Source: Candidatus Xenobia bacterium (GTDB lineage: Bacteria > Vulcanimicrobiota > Xenobia > Xenobiales > JADMJV01). Taken from it: a stretch of 64,000 nt of DNA. Positions 35,501 to 46,615 of this stretch are shown here, in pieces (position 1 is the stretch's first letter; the number at the start of each line of letters is the position of its first letter). The translations under genes and the position numbers were made by a program. Under the pieces are notes generated by a model. That model did not search any database, had not been told where the DNA came from, and saw only the letters and a program-made list of their open reading frames with translations. The stretch spans positions 4,426-68,425 of the forward strand of contig JBBKWP010000282.1 of NCBI GenBank assembly GCA_037968995.1, read 5' to 3'.

Positions 35501-35901
35501 TGGTACTATACAAAAAAATCGCCTCAGTGTTCACCTTCGAACAACTGGAAGAGGCGCGGGCCGAGCTTATCGACCGGTTTGGGAAACTACCCGAAGAGGC
35601 CAGTAACCTTTTAGCCATTGTGGACCTCAAATTGAGAGCTCGGGATCTCACCATCCCCTCGATTCGGGCCAAGGAAGGACGACTCACCATCCTCCTACCG
35701 TTCTACGGAGAACTGACGCTCAATCGGAAGCATAAACTTTGGACAACCACCGGTTGGAAAGCACACGAGGAACCCCAAACTTTGGTGATGACCGGGCTTT
35801 TTGGGGTAGCGGCGGGTAAACCGGAGTACCCACCGGGCGCTGTTCTCTTAGAGAAGGTGAAGGCGATCCTCGACCAACTTCAGCGGTGGAAGGACGGCTA
35901 G
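32530..35901 (+). CDS. mfd: Transcription-repair coupling factor
   Basis: 1123 aa. Motifs include 'GDMVVHLQHGIGRY' (CarD/RID), Walker A 'GDVGYGKTEVA', 'LLIVDEEQRFG' and helicase motif VI 'QMRGRVGRS', plus the C-terminal TRCF domain. Downstream in-frame ATGs (32548, 32590) are alternative starts. Confidence 0.93.
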   Translation: MGYPAAMTSRTTADKDSQLKMGPPAAIHQLLTLLGKRADVGRLASAVEDSEKLIVEGVIRSARGALWSALRGMHDRPVAGPSLWVTPSTDGAEALVEDLRALGFEQHLVYFPFREERTKTEDARPVDPMQLKALEQLQGLPKGQPLLVVAPVKALMQKTMSREALDKNRWTVRKGESTDRETLIEMLVEEGYHRGNLVERRGEFSARGDIVDIYPITGEPVRVELFGDEVESIRRFNLDTQRSIAEISEFSVSPISHEDEGSHLVDFLPRGSLVCLEEPAQLRLQTLEWSHEGWHGEWGDFMALLTPFRQLSFTTWEDAESRAASEGVQRISFPFEPQRVFPDRVEGMLGRLPIWVKEERAVLVMSRQHSRLEELLTENRLLSSVFSPGKGVALVSSPLGEGFHLPGTEGEPTLEVLTDREITGAVRRRKSHQKAERASLIRLDELNIGDMVVHLQHGIGRYGGVKTLTIGGFNKDFLTVEYAKNDSLFVPVEQLDLLQPYKGVEGKGGKLSKMGGQEWARARSKVKKNAVELAEDLLRLYAERESSVGHAYPPDTPWQAEMEEAFPYEETADQLRVIDEVKSDMERPRPMDRLVCGDVGYGKTEVAIRAAFKAVSEGRQVAVLVPTTVLAHQHYQTFAERLAAFPVKVGVLSRFRSNAEIKATLEALAKGEVDVIIGTHRLLSKDIKFNSLGLLIVDEEQRFGVKQKEKIKALRKNVDILTLTATPIPRTLNMALVSIRDLSVIETPPEDRVPIKTYLFESHPDILRGAITRELQREGQVFLVHNRVESIERLAADIRRMLPTVRVGVGHGQMGDDALEKVMMDYLEGEYDVLVCTTIIESGLDIPNSNTIIINNAHHFGLSQLYQMRGRVGRSARQAYCYLLYPPARSLSDDAVKRLETIRDFTHLGAGYQIALRDLEIRGAGDILGAEQSGSIAAVGFDLYCKMLADEVATLRGERPQYEISDQPIIIELPVPANLPDDYISDPEQKVVLYKKIASVFTFEQLEEARAELIDRFGKLPEEASNLLAIVDLKLRARDLTIPSIRAKEGRLTILLPFYGELTLNRKHKLWTTTGWKAHEEPQTLVMTGLFGVAAGKPEYPPGAVLLEKVKAILDQLQRWKDG

Positions 35902-36265
35902 GCGGCTTTCCGGCGGTCCATACCTCAACGGCGTAGATCCTCCAACCGTCTCGAGCCAGGATGAAGCGGACGCTGCCTGCCTGATCCCCACGAGGATTCA
36001 GCAGTTGCGTGCGAATTTGACCGGCCCCCTCAGCTTGACTGCTACCTAAACGAAGTCGCTGACTGGTGGAACCGAGCCCCAATTTTAAACTGCGAAGGAA
36101 CTGAGCCTCACCTGTTTTTCGACACTGATGACTGATCAATCTCTCGAGCTCCGGATGGAGCCAATCTCTGACAGCGGAAAAACTCTCCGTCGCCAAGGCT
36201 CGAAAGAAACCAGCGTAGGTCTCGTACAAGGTGTGCTTATGGGCCAATATGGTACCTGCGGGCAT
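35720..36265 (-). CDS. Hypothetical protein (3' third overlaps the end of mfd)
   Basis: 181-aa ORF with a GGAGG 4 nt upstream of ATG 36265. The first 125 aa or so look globular ('..VRFILARDGWRIYAVEVW'). The last 55 aa or so are P/S/R-rich and lie antisense to mfd. Confidence 0.4.
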   Translation of the reverse strand: MPAGTILAHKHTLYETYAGFFRALATESFSAVRDWLHPELERLISHQCRKTGEAQFLRSLKLGLGSTSQRLRLGSSQAEGAGQIRTQLLNPRGDQAGSVRFILARDGWRIYAVEVWTAGKPPSRPSTAEVGRGSPSPSLREQRPVGTPVYPPLPQKARSSPKFGVPRVLSNRWLSKVYASD

Positions 36266-36463
36266 ACCACCTCCAAGTGATCATCCTCCGTGCAACCTTT
36301 CGGTCACATTGGGACACTGGTAACTTATGAAATCCGTGCAACAAAGATATGAACACCGTGTTAACATGAAACTGAAACGGATCATGTTTTCAGGACGTTT
36401 TCAGGGCCTGGGCACGGAATTACCGTCGCACGGAGCCCCAAGATTCGCGAATGGGGAAAGAGT

Positions 36464-37264
36464 TCAGTGTGTCCGTTGTCCAGGCAAGAAGCCCCGTTTG
36501 AGGAAGCGGTCCACGAGAACGTCGTTGAGGTAGCGACATCCTCCGGGAACGGAACGTCTCCGACGGGGAGCCTGGGATTCTAAGGTGGCCCACGCGAAAA
36601 CATGTTCGCCCACCTGGCGTCCGCTAAAATAGGCTGTAAGCCTTTGGGAAAATCTATCTCCTAAAGCGAGAGGGAATTCGCGCAACGCGCAATTCACGTC
36701 CGCTCCAAAGTACTCTTCTAACTCCACGTCGTTGATGCAGTCCGAGAGCCAACCGCTTTCGGTCAGCAAGTGGCTTTCCTCATCCCACAGTCGCCGAATC
36801 TGTGCTTCGCTGATCTCGCGGTCCTGAGGCGTGAAGCTGATGTCCACGGCATTGATGATGAGATCAAACGTTTCGGTGGCCGACTCGGCGAAGGCGAAGG
36901 CATCCCCAACGATCAAATCCACCCTGGGATCGGAGAAAGCGTCACAATTCAGGGCACGCAACTTGGGGACTTGCGATGTCACTTCCACCAACCCGGCGTC
37001 GATCTCCACCAAGACCAAGCGTTCGACTTCGGCGAATCTCAGCACCTCGCGAGCGGTGAGTCCGATGCCGCCGCCCAAGACAAGAACTTTCTTAGGAGCC
37101 TTCGCCAAACATAGAGGCAGCGACGTCAAGAGTTCATGGAGAGGCGCCTCATCTCCACTATGAAACTGGAGGGAGCCATTGAGTGTTAAGGCAAAATGCT
37201 CCCCGTCCTCAAGCAGCGCGATGCGCTGTCGCGCCGTCGCTGTCTCGAAGACCGTCTTCATCAA
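36464..37264 (-). CDS. Spermidine synthase-like (PABS fold) protein with altered active-site signature
   Basis: 266 aa. 'LTLNGSLQFHSGDEAPLHELL' is present. 'KKVLVLGGGIGLTAREVLRF' has GGGIG in place of GGGDG. 'LVEIDAGLVEV' and 'FSDPRVDLIVGDA' are present. 'FDLIINAVDIS' stands in place of D.SDP. ATGA overlap with the upstream diguanylate cyclase. Confidence 0.6.
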   Translation of the reverse strand: MMKTVFETATARQRIALLEDGEHFALTLNGSLQFHSGDEAPLHELLTSLPLCLAKAPKKVLVLGGGIGLTAREVLRFAEVERLVLVEIDAGLVEVTSQVPKLRALNCDAFSDPRVDLIVGDAFAFAESATETFDLIINAVDISFTPQDREISEAQIRRLWDEESHLLTESGWLSDCINDVELEEYFGADVNCALREFPLALGDRFSQRLTAYFSGRQVGEHVFAWATLESQAPRRRRSVPGGCRYLNDVLVDRFLKRGFLPGQRTH

Positions 37265-38439
37265 GAAGCCTGGGCGACTTGATTACGGCCACTCTCTTTG
37301 GCCTTGTAGAGCGCTTGATCGGCACGCTTCATAACTTTGTCCCAAGGTTCTGAGGAGAGGCCGGTGGCCACGCCGATACTGACCGTGACGCCCACAGACG
37401 GTCGCTTCTTAGGAGCTTTGGATTTCTTGGAAGTGGCCTTCTTGGGTTTGGCAGCCGGACGGTTGTCGGATCGCAAGTATAAGGGTGACGACTCCACCAA
37501 AATTCGGATTCTTTCCAGTTCTTCTCGAATCTGATCGACGGTTTTGCCCGGAAAGAACAGGGTGAACTCCTCACCGCCGTATCGGTATGCTGTGCCGCCT
37601 TCTTTGACGGAAGCGATCCGGGCGGCCACCATTCGCAGGACTTGGTCACCGACTTCGTGTCCATGAGTGTCGTTGAACTTCTTGAAGTGATCAACGTCGA
37701 CCATGGCCAAGGCGAACACCGGGCCCGTATCGTCAAGAGCCTCCACCAGCGCTCTACGGCCGGGAATCTCTGTTAACTCATCGATGTATGCCAAACGAAA
37801 GCTGTGCTCGATCAAGCTCAAAAGGCAAGGCACCGTAAAGACGAGCGTCATCACGTGAAATCCAGTCACGGAAAAGCTGCTCGGGTCACGACCCAGAGTC
37901 AGGCCCAACAGAGTGCAACCCACCAGTGGCACCAGCAAGAGCGACTCCCGACCTCGACCGGATGTCTCCGCTCGGAAACGAAGAAAGAGGAGCGGTCCGC
38001 CCCACCCCAGCAAGGCCAAACCGACCCCGACCGTGGACCCGGTGTACTGAACGAGTACCGTGGCCACTCCAAGCGTCACAACCGCAGCCATTCCGCTCCA
38101 TATGAGATTGACCATCTGGAAAAACTTTTTGTCTGGAGCGGCCAAAAAGACCAATCCAGCGGATAGGTAAGAAAGGCTCAGAAAATTCGCTTCAAGACCT
38201 TGTTCTGGAACGCATGGGAAAAGAAAGGAAAAGGCCAGAGTGAGTCCGGCTATGAACGCCGACCTAGAACGAGAAAATAGATAGCCAAAAAAGGCTACAG
38301 CGCCAACAAGCGCCGCGTGCAACCAAAAAATCTCTCCGCCAGCGAAGCCCAAGACCTGATCTTGATTCAGGACGGGGTGCTCTGTCAACAGATACACCAT
38401 CGACGCTGGGCCTATCACTGATACAATCCATCTCCACAC
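37261..38439 (-). CDS. Membrane-bound diguanylate cyclase (GGEEF)
   Basis: 392 aa with about 6 TM helices. The GGDEF domain has 'DELTEIPGRRAL', 'MVDVDHFKKFNDTHGH..GD' and 'YRYGGEEFTLFF'. No RxxD I-site is present. A lysine-rich insertion 'AAKPKKATSKKSKAPKKRP' precedes 'VTVSIGVA'. Confidence 0.85.
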   Translation of the reverse strand: MWRWIVSVIGPASMVYLLTEHPVLNQDQVLGFAGGEIFWLHAALVGAVAFFGYLFSRSRSAFIAGLTLAFSFLFPCVPEQGLEANFLSLSYLSAGLVFLAAPDKKFFQMVNLIWSGMAAVVTLGVATVLVQYTGSTVGVGLALLGWGGPLLFLRFRAETSGRGRESLLLVPLVGCTLLGLTLGRDPSSFSVTGFHVMTLVFTVPCLLSLIEHSFRLAYIDELTEIPGRRALVEALDDTGPVFALAMVDVDHFKKFNDTHGHEVGDQVLRMVAARIASVKEGGTAYRYGGEEFTLFFPGKTVDQIREELERIRILVESSPLYLRSDNRPAAKPKKATSKKSKAPKKRPSVGVTVSIGVATGLSSEPWDKVMKRADQALYKAKESGRNQVAQAS

Positions 38440-38499
38440 AAGGAAAAGGTTCGCTACACTATCAGAACAACGCTCCCCCGAAGAGGAAAGCCGCCAGAC

Positions 38500-38742
38500 T
38501 TACTTTTGAAAGAAAGCCGCGTTCACTTCCAAATAGTTCTCTTGTCCCTCGGGAATATCATCGTCTGGATAGATCGCCTCGACCGGACAGACCGGTAAAC
38601 AGGCTCCACAATCGATACACTCCTCGGGATCGATGAAATACATTTCTTCGTCATCTTTGGAATGAATGCAGTCAACTGGGCAGACTTCAACGCACGCTGC
38701 GTCTTTCACGCCCTTGCACGGTTCCGTAATTATATAAGTCAT
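38500..38742 (-). CDS. 7Fe-type ferredoxin (3Fe-4S + 4Fe-4S)
   Basis: 80 aa. Cys pattern 'C-x7-C-x3-CP' ('CKGVKDAACVEVCPVDC') plus 'CIDCGACLPVCP'. Confidence 0.85.
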   Translation of the reverse strand: MTYIITEPCKGVKDAACVEVCPVDCIHSKDDEEMYFIDPEECIDCGACLPVCPVEAIYPDDDIPEGQENYLEVNAAFFQK

Positions 38743-38843
38743 CGCATCCTCCTAGTGGGTCAACCACTCTTCTAACCTTTGTGTTGCCGACTGGTTCGCG
38801 ATAGGGCCCGTCGGATTCCTTTTGCGTGCCAAGGGTCTCTTGG

Positions 38844-39182
38844 CTATTTTACCGTTACGGACTTGGTTACCCAATCGAGATAGCTTTCGCTTCCCATTTC
38901 GACGGCCGAAAATAGAAGTTCCGGTTCGTCGTACGGGTGAATCTTTTCCACCACGGCTTTCACTTCGTGAATACGCTGTCGAGTGGTCTTCACCAGTAAC
39001 AGGACCTCTTGGTCGTGACAGATCTCTCCTTGCCAACGGTACACAGACAGTAGTCCCGGCACGATGTTCACGCAGGCCGCAGCTTGTGCTTCCACCAAAG
39101 CATCCGCCAAAGCCAGCGCCACTTCTTGAGAAGGGCAGGTAATTTTACCGACAAGGTGATCGGCGGTCGAGATTACATTCAT
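38844..39182 (-). CDS. cutA: Divalent-cation tolerance protein CutA
   Basis: 112 aa. 'EVALALADALVEAQAAACVNIVPGLLSVYRWQGEI..EVLLLVKT' matches the CutA1 signature. Confidence 0.85.
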   Translation of the reverse strand: MNVISTADHLVGKITCPSQEVALALADALVEAQAAACVNIVPGLLSVYRWQGEICHDQEVLLLVKTTRQRIHEVKAVVEKIHPYDEPELLFSAVEMGSESYLDWVTKSVTVK

Positions 39183-39204
39183 CTAAAATGCTCCTCGCAG
39201 CCCT

Positions 39205-39468
39205 CTAATTTTCTGGCCAATCGCGGTCTTCTAGCGATCCGCTGTGGAGCCTATGCTCCTTGTAGCGCTTAGCGATCTCGGTCCCAAGTTCTCGATGCAG
39301 ATCGAAAACATCGCAGAGTTCGATCATCAATTCGATCAACTCATCCTTCTCGAGTCCGATGAAAGCGTTATAGAATCTGGGATACTTCGCTTCGAAGAGG
39401 GCGACCAGGTCACTGGTCAATTCCCCCATTTCGCGCTGCAGTCGTTCATCTGATAGGGGCATTGCCAT
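39205..39468 (-). CDS. Small helical hypothetical protein
   Basis: The ORF track gives 39205-39561. I prefer ATG 39468 ('MAMPLSDERLQ..'), which leaves a 128-nt divergent promoter region toward rph. No family recognised. Confidence 0.4.
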   Translation of the reverse strand: MAMPLSDERLQREMGELTSDLVALFEAKYPRFYNAFIGLEKDELIELMIELCDVFDLHRELGTEIAKRYKEHRLHSGSLEDRDWPEN

Positions 39469-39596
39469 GAAAGGTCGCTTTTCTAAAGTGCCCTCCTTCC
39501 CCTTCCCACACTCAGACGGGTGTTCAAGCGATCCTTGCCCCTTGACCGATATCCCGAGCAAAAGGGGGCCTCTATGGGGTTACCGAAGTCGAGACC

Positions 39597-40346
39597 ATGG
39601 CTAGAACCAACGACCGCGCCGCGGATTCCCTACGACCTTGGACTTTTGAAACAAACTATCTGCCCCACGCCGAAGGGTCCGTAATGATCCACTCCGGAGT
39701 GACCCGCGTTTTGTGCGCCTGTACTATCGAAGAGCGTCAACCGGGTTGGATGAACGATCCTAAGAAGGGATGGGTGAAAGCGGAATACTCTATGTTGCCT
39801 TGTTCCACCCATCAACGCAGTCGCAGAGACCACAACAACTCCAACGGGCGCACCCATGAGATTCAACGCTTGATAGGGCGCTCATTGCGTGGCGCCACGA
39901 ACCTGGAGCAACTCGGTCCCCGCACTCTCACCCTCGATTGCGATGTGATCGTGGCCGACGCCGGCACGCGCACCGCCTCGATCACTGGAGGCTGGGTGGC
40001 CTTAGTGCTCGCCTGTTCAGGCCTAGTGGAAACGGGAAAACTCAAGGAGTTGCCCTTTTCCCACCAGGTCGCGGCGCTCTCTCTGGGAATCGTGGACGGA
40101 CAAGTGATGACCGACCTTGACTATCTGGAAGATTCGCGGGCTGGAACGGACCTCAACTTGGTGATGACTTCCGACGGCGGGATCATTGAGATTCAGGGCA
40201 CGGCCGAGGGGGGCAGCTTCAGTCGCCAACAACTCGACGGCATCCTCGATGCGGGATGGAAGTCCATGCAGATTCTCTTCGACTTGCAGCGGCAGGCTTT
40301 GCGAAAGGCCGGCGTCTCATGGAACGCCGTACCGGTTGGAACTTAG
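39597..40346 (+). CDS. rph: Ribonuclease PH
   Basis: 249 aa. Motifs 'RTNDRAADSLRP', 'AEGSVMIHSGVTRVLCA', 'EYSMLP.ST..R' and 'DCDVIVADAGTRTASITG' are present. Confidence 0.93.
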   Translation: MARTNDRAADSLRPWTFETNYLPHAEGSVMIHSGVTRVLCACTIEERQPGWMNDPKKGWVKAEYSMLPCSTHQRSRRDHNNSNGRTHEIQRLIGRSLRGATNLEQLGPRTLTLDCDVIVADAGTRTASITGGWVALVLACSGLVETGKLKELPFSHQVAALSLGIVDGQVMTDLDYLEDSRAGTDLNLVMTSDGGIIEIQGTAEGGSFSRQQLDGILDAGWKSMQILFDLQRQALRKAGVSWNAVPVGT

Positions 40347-40406
40347 ACTAGACTCACTTATGACGATGCACGACCACCGCCCACACCCTTTTGAACGCAT
40401 AGACAC

Positions 40407-40784
40407 TTGCGCTCCCTGACTCGTCTGGAGGCTCACTTCCTGCGATCGGTCACGAAAGCGGTTCGAGAACGGGAAGCAAAGCAGCTTCCAGTTTCTGAAC
40501 TGTATCTTCTGTTCCCTGACGTTGGACCCGGACTGGAGTTGGCTCTCAGGATTCCCGGCTCTCCGCTTTTCTTCTTCAAAGTTCTCATCTACGGCACTCG
40601 GCCCGTTCGCTATCAACTCGAAAGTCGGGCGGGGACCTGGTCCTCGAAGTCTCGCAAACTCTGGGACCACTGTTTAGGGCCGCTGAGCCTGGTCAATGAG
40701 AAAAGCGGAATTCGTAAAAACCGCATGCAGCTTTTCTACGAAGTGACGTATCCCGAAGCTTTTTTAAAACGTCTCGGCGAGTAG
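40407..40784 (+). CDS. Possible hypothetical protein (weak call)
   Basis: 125-aa TTG-start ORF whose codon usage resembles that of neighbouring genes (CTG, CTC, TTC and GAC preferred). No motif recognised. A competing antisense ORF lies at 40317-40670. Confidence 0.3.
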   Translation: MRSLTRLEAHFLRSVTKAVREREAKQLPVSELYLLFPDVGPGLELALRIPGSPLFFFKVLIYGTRPVRYQLESRAGTWSSKSRKLWDHCLGPLSLVNEKSGIRKNRMQLFYEVTYPEAFLKRLGE

Positions 40785-40836
40785 CCAAGGGGTTTAGGCC
40801 TTTGAACCCGATACCTCGGGATTGCCGCGTCAAACC

Positions 40837-41937
40837 CTATTCGGCGTCTGGTTCGCCCCAGACCACGTAAGTTTCCCGAGCCCTCTCGCGGACCTTTTTC
40901 TCCACTTGGCTCATACGAGTTTCCATCTCGAAGGCTTCGGAATGGCGGGCCGCGAGCCTCAGCATCTCCTGCGAAGCCTTCAGACAATTCAGGGTTTCGT
41001 GATGGTACGGACCCCGCGTCGAGAGACTGATCGTGAGAGCTTTTCGCAAGAGTTGCTCAGCGATGTCGAAGCTACCAATTTCTAGGTAGAAACCCGCCAA
41101 GCGCCGGTGAATCTCACCGCACGACGCATTGAATGGGCCGAACAGACTCTCGCGCAGGTCTAGAGCCTGCTGAAATGATGCCACAACCGCGGACGTCCGT
41201 TTCTGAGCATCCACCTTCGTGAATCCCGAGACTTGCCGAGCCGCGAAATACATGGCGGCCCCAAGGTCCCCCCGTAGGGCTAGAGATGACGACAGCCAGA
41301 TGGACGAAAGACCCAGACCTTCGTCGAGAACCTCTTGAAAGTCGTCGAGCATCTGTTCACAGCGACTGAGTCGCTCTTGGCGCAGAGCCAAAAGGGCCGA
41401 AGTCAGAAAAAAGAGTGCCCGGCAGTTCGCGGACTGCGGCTCCAGCATCTGGACTCTTTTTAACAACGTTTCGGCCTGGCTGTCTCGGCCCTGGTCCGAA
41501 CATAGGCGGGCATAGAGCAACAGGGCCTGGCAAAGCAATTCTTCGCAATGATTGACTTCCAATAGGGCGATGGCTTTGCCATACAACCTCCGAGCCTCTC
41601 CCCAACGACCCTCGTCGTGAAAGAAGCAGGCGGCGTTGAGCAAACCCTTAGCCATCAACGGACTTCGTCGGTCCACGGCCTGGAAAATACGCAGCGCGAT
41701 GTTGGAAAGGTCTTCCACTCGATCGCGTTGTCCTCGCAGACGCTGAATGACCGCTAAACTGGAAAGGGAAATTGCCAATCGGGGTTCGAACTCTCCGATC
41801 AACTTGGCTTTCGAAAGCCCCTCCCAGCAGATATCCTCCGCCTTAGAAAGTCGACCGTCGTGGAACGCTTTCTCGACAGACCTTATCAACATACGCCAGT
41901 CGTGTTCTAGCGTTCTGGTTGTCTCACTACCTATCAT
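40837..41937 (-). CDS. TPR-like helical-repeat protein
   Basis: 366 aa of repeated helix-turn-helix units ('GRWGEARRLYGKAIALLE', 'LLYARLCSDQGRDSQAETLLKRV'). Confidence 0.55.
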   Translation of the reverse strand: MIGSETTRTLEHDWRMLIRSVEKAFHDGRLSKAEDICWEGLSKAKLIGEFEPRLAISLSSLAVIQRLRGQRDRVEDLSNIALRIFQAVDRRSPLMAKGLLNAACFFHDEGRWGEARRLYGKAIALLEVNHCEELLCQALLLYARLCSDQGRDSQAETLLKRVQMLEPQSANCRALFFLTSALLALRQERLSRCEQMLDDFQEVLDEGLGLSSIWLSSSLALRGDLGAAMYFAARQVSGFTKVDAQKRTSAVVASFQQALDLRESLFGPFNASCGEIHRRLAGFYLEIGSFDIAEQLLRKALTISLSTRGPYHHETLNCLKASQEMLRLAARHSEAFEMETRMSQVEKKVRERARETYVVWGEPDAE

Positions 41938-41940
41938 GAC

Positions 41941-42975
41941 ATGAACAAACGAACACTTCCCTTTGAACTCAAACCCTCGGGCGGACCATTCGACGACCCC
42001 GCTCTTTTGGTCACCCCGAGCAATTCAGACCTCTCCATTCTTTTTGATTGCGGTACCCTTCACGGATTAAAAACTCGAGACCTTCAGCGAGTCCGCTGGC
42101 TCTTCTTGAGCCACCTTCATATTGACCATCTTATCGGCTTCGACCATCTCTTGAGAACCCGCCTATTCTCTCCGATTCCATTAACCGTTTACGGACCACC
42201 GGGAACAGTGGATGTCATCGAGCACCGACTGCAGGGATACGCTTGGAATCTCACCAGCGGGTCTCCCTTCATCGTCCGAGCCCTAGAACTTCCGTGCTCC
42301 GTTTCTCTCAACGCCGAGTTCCGCTGTCACGAAAGATTCCAGCGCATTGAGATGCCCTCAACATCGGCCGGCGAGATTCCGACCGAAGACGGCACCGTTC
42401 ATCTGAGTGAACAACTCAGCGTAAAGTGTCATCATGTTCAACACGGAGTCCCATGTCTTGCGTTTCGTCTCGACCGCCAAACTCCTCGAAGATTCTCCCC
42501 CGAAACGGCCCGCCGTCTAGGACTTGCGCCGGGTCCGTGGGTCGGCCGTCTGATCGCGGGTGTTCCGACCGTCCAAACGGTCGAAGGTGTCGAGCGGGAT
42601 GAGCATTGGCTCGAAGATAAGCTCTTGAGGCCCGGAGAGCATCATCGTGTTGGGTACCTCACAGACACCTTGCTCGATACCAAACTACTGAACCAGTTGA
42701 CCGACTTTTATCGGCACGTCGATGTCTTGTGTTCCGAAGTCGCCTATCTCAAAGCGGAAAAAGACTTAGCCACTCAAAACCTTCACATGACGACCGAGCA
42801 AGTCGCTCGCCTGGCAAGCGCTTCAGAAGCCAAAGAACTCCGCCTGTTTCACCTCTCGCGACGCCACTGTGAATCCGGAAGCCTACCTCATCTTCTTGAG
42901 GTTCGGGATGGCTTTAGTGAGGCTCGGCTTCTGTCAGAACCAGCGGTTGAGAGCGATTTCGGACCTGAGCCCTAG
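41941..42975 (+). CDS. MBL-fold metallo-hydrolase (RNase Z/BN-like)
   Basis: 344 aa. It has the HxHxDH motif 'FLSHLHIDHLIGFDHLL', with later 'HGVPCLAF' and 'YLTDT' segments. Confidence 0.65.
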   Translation: MNKRTLPFELKPSGGPFDDPALLVTPSNSDLSILFDCGTLHGLKTRDLQRVRWLFLSHLHIDHLIGFDHLLRTRLFSPIPLTVYGPPGTVDVIEHRLQGYAWNLTSGSPFIVRALELPCSVSLNAEFRCHERFQRIEMPSTSAGEIPTEDGTVHLSEQLSVKCHHVQHGVPCLAFRLDRQTPRRFSPETARRLGLAPGPWVGRLIAGVPTVQTVEGVERDEHWLEDKLLRPGEHHRVGYLTDTLLDTKLLNQLTDFYRHVDVLCSEVAYLKAEKDLATQNLHMTTEQVARLASASEAKELRLFHLSRRHCESGSLPHLLEVRDGFSEARLLSEPAVESDFGPEP

Positions 42976-46610
<3,635 letters not shown>

Positions 46611-46615
46611 CTAGT

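Noticed and set aside
38752-39036. A 94-aa minus-strand ORF overlapping the 3' part of cutA and the cutA-ferredoxin spacer.
   Set aside because: It is out of frame with the well-supported cutA gene, basic and low-complexity, and has no RBS. I treat it as spurious.
40615-40635. 'CGAAAGTCGGGCGGGG', which resembles the GGAAAGTCCGGGC P4 element of RNase P RNA, in the unassigned region after rph.
   Set aside because: The other universally conserved RNase P segments (the second P4 strand ACAGAA..CGGCTTA and the GGTAAGAGCGCACC-type region) are not present nearby. I judge the resemblance coincidental.
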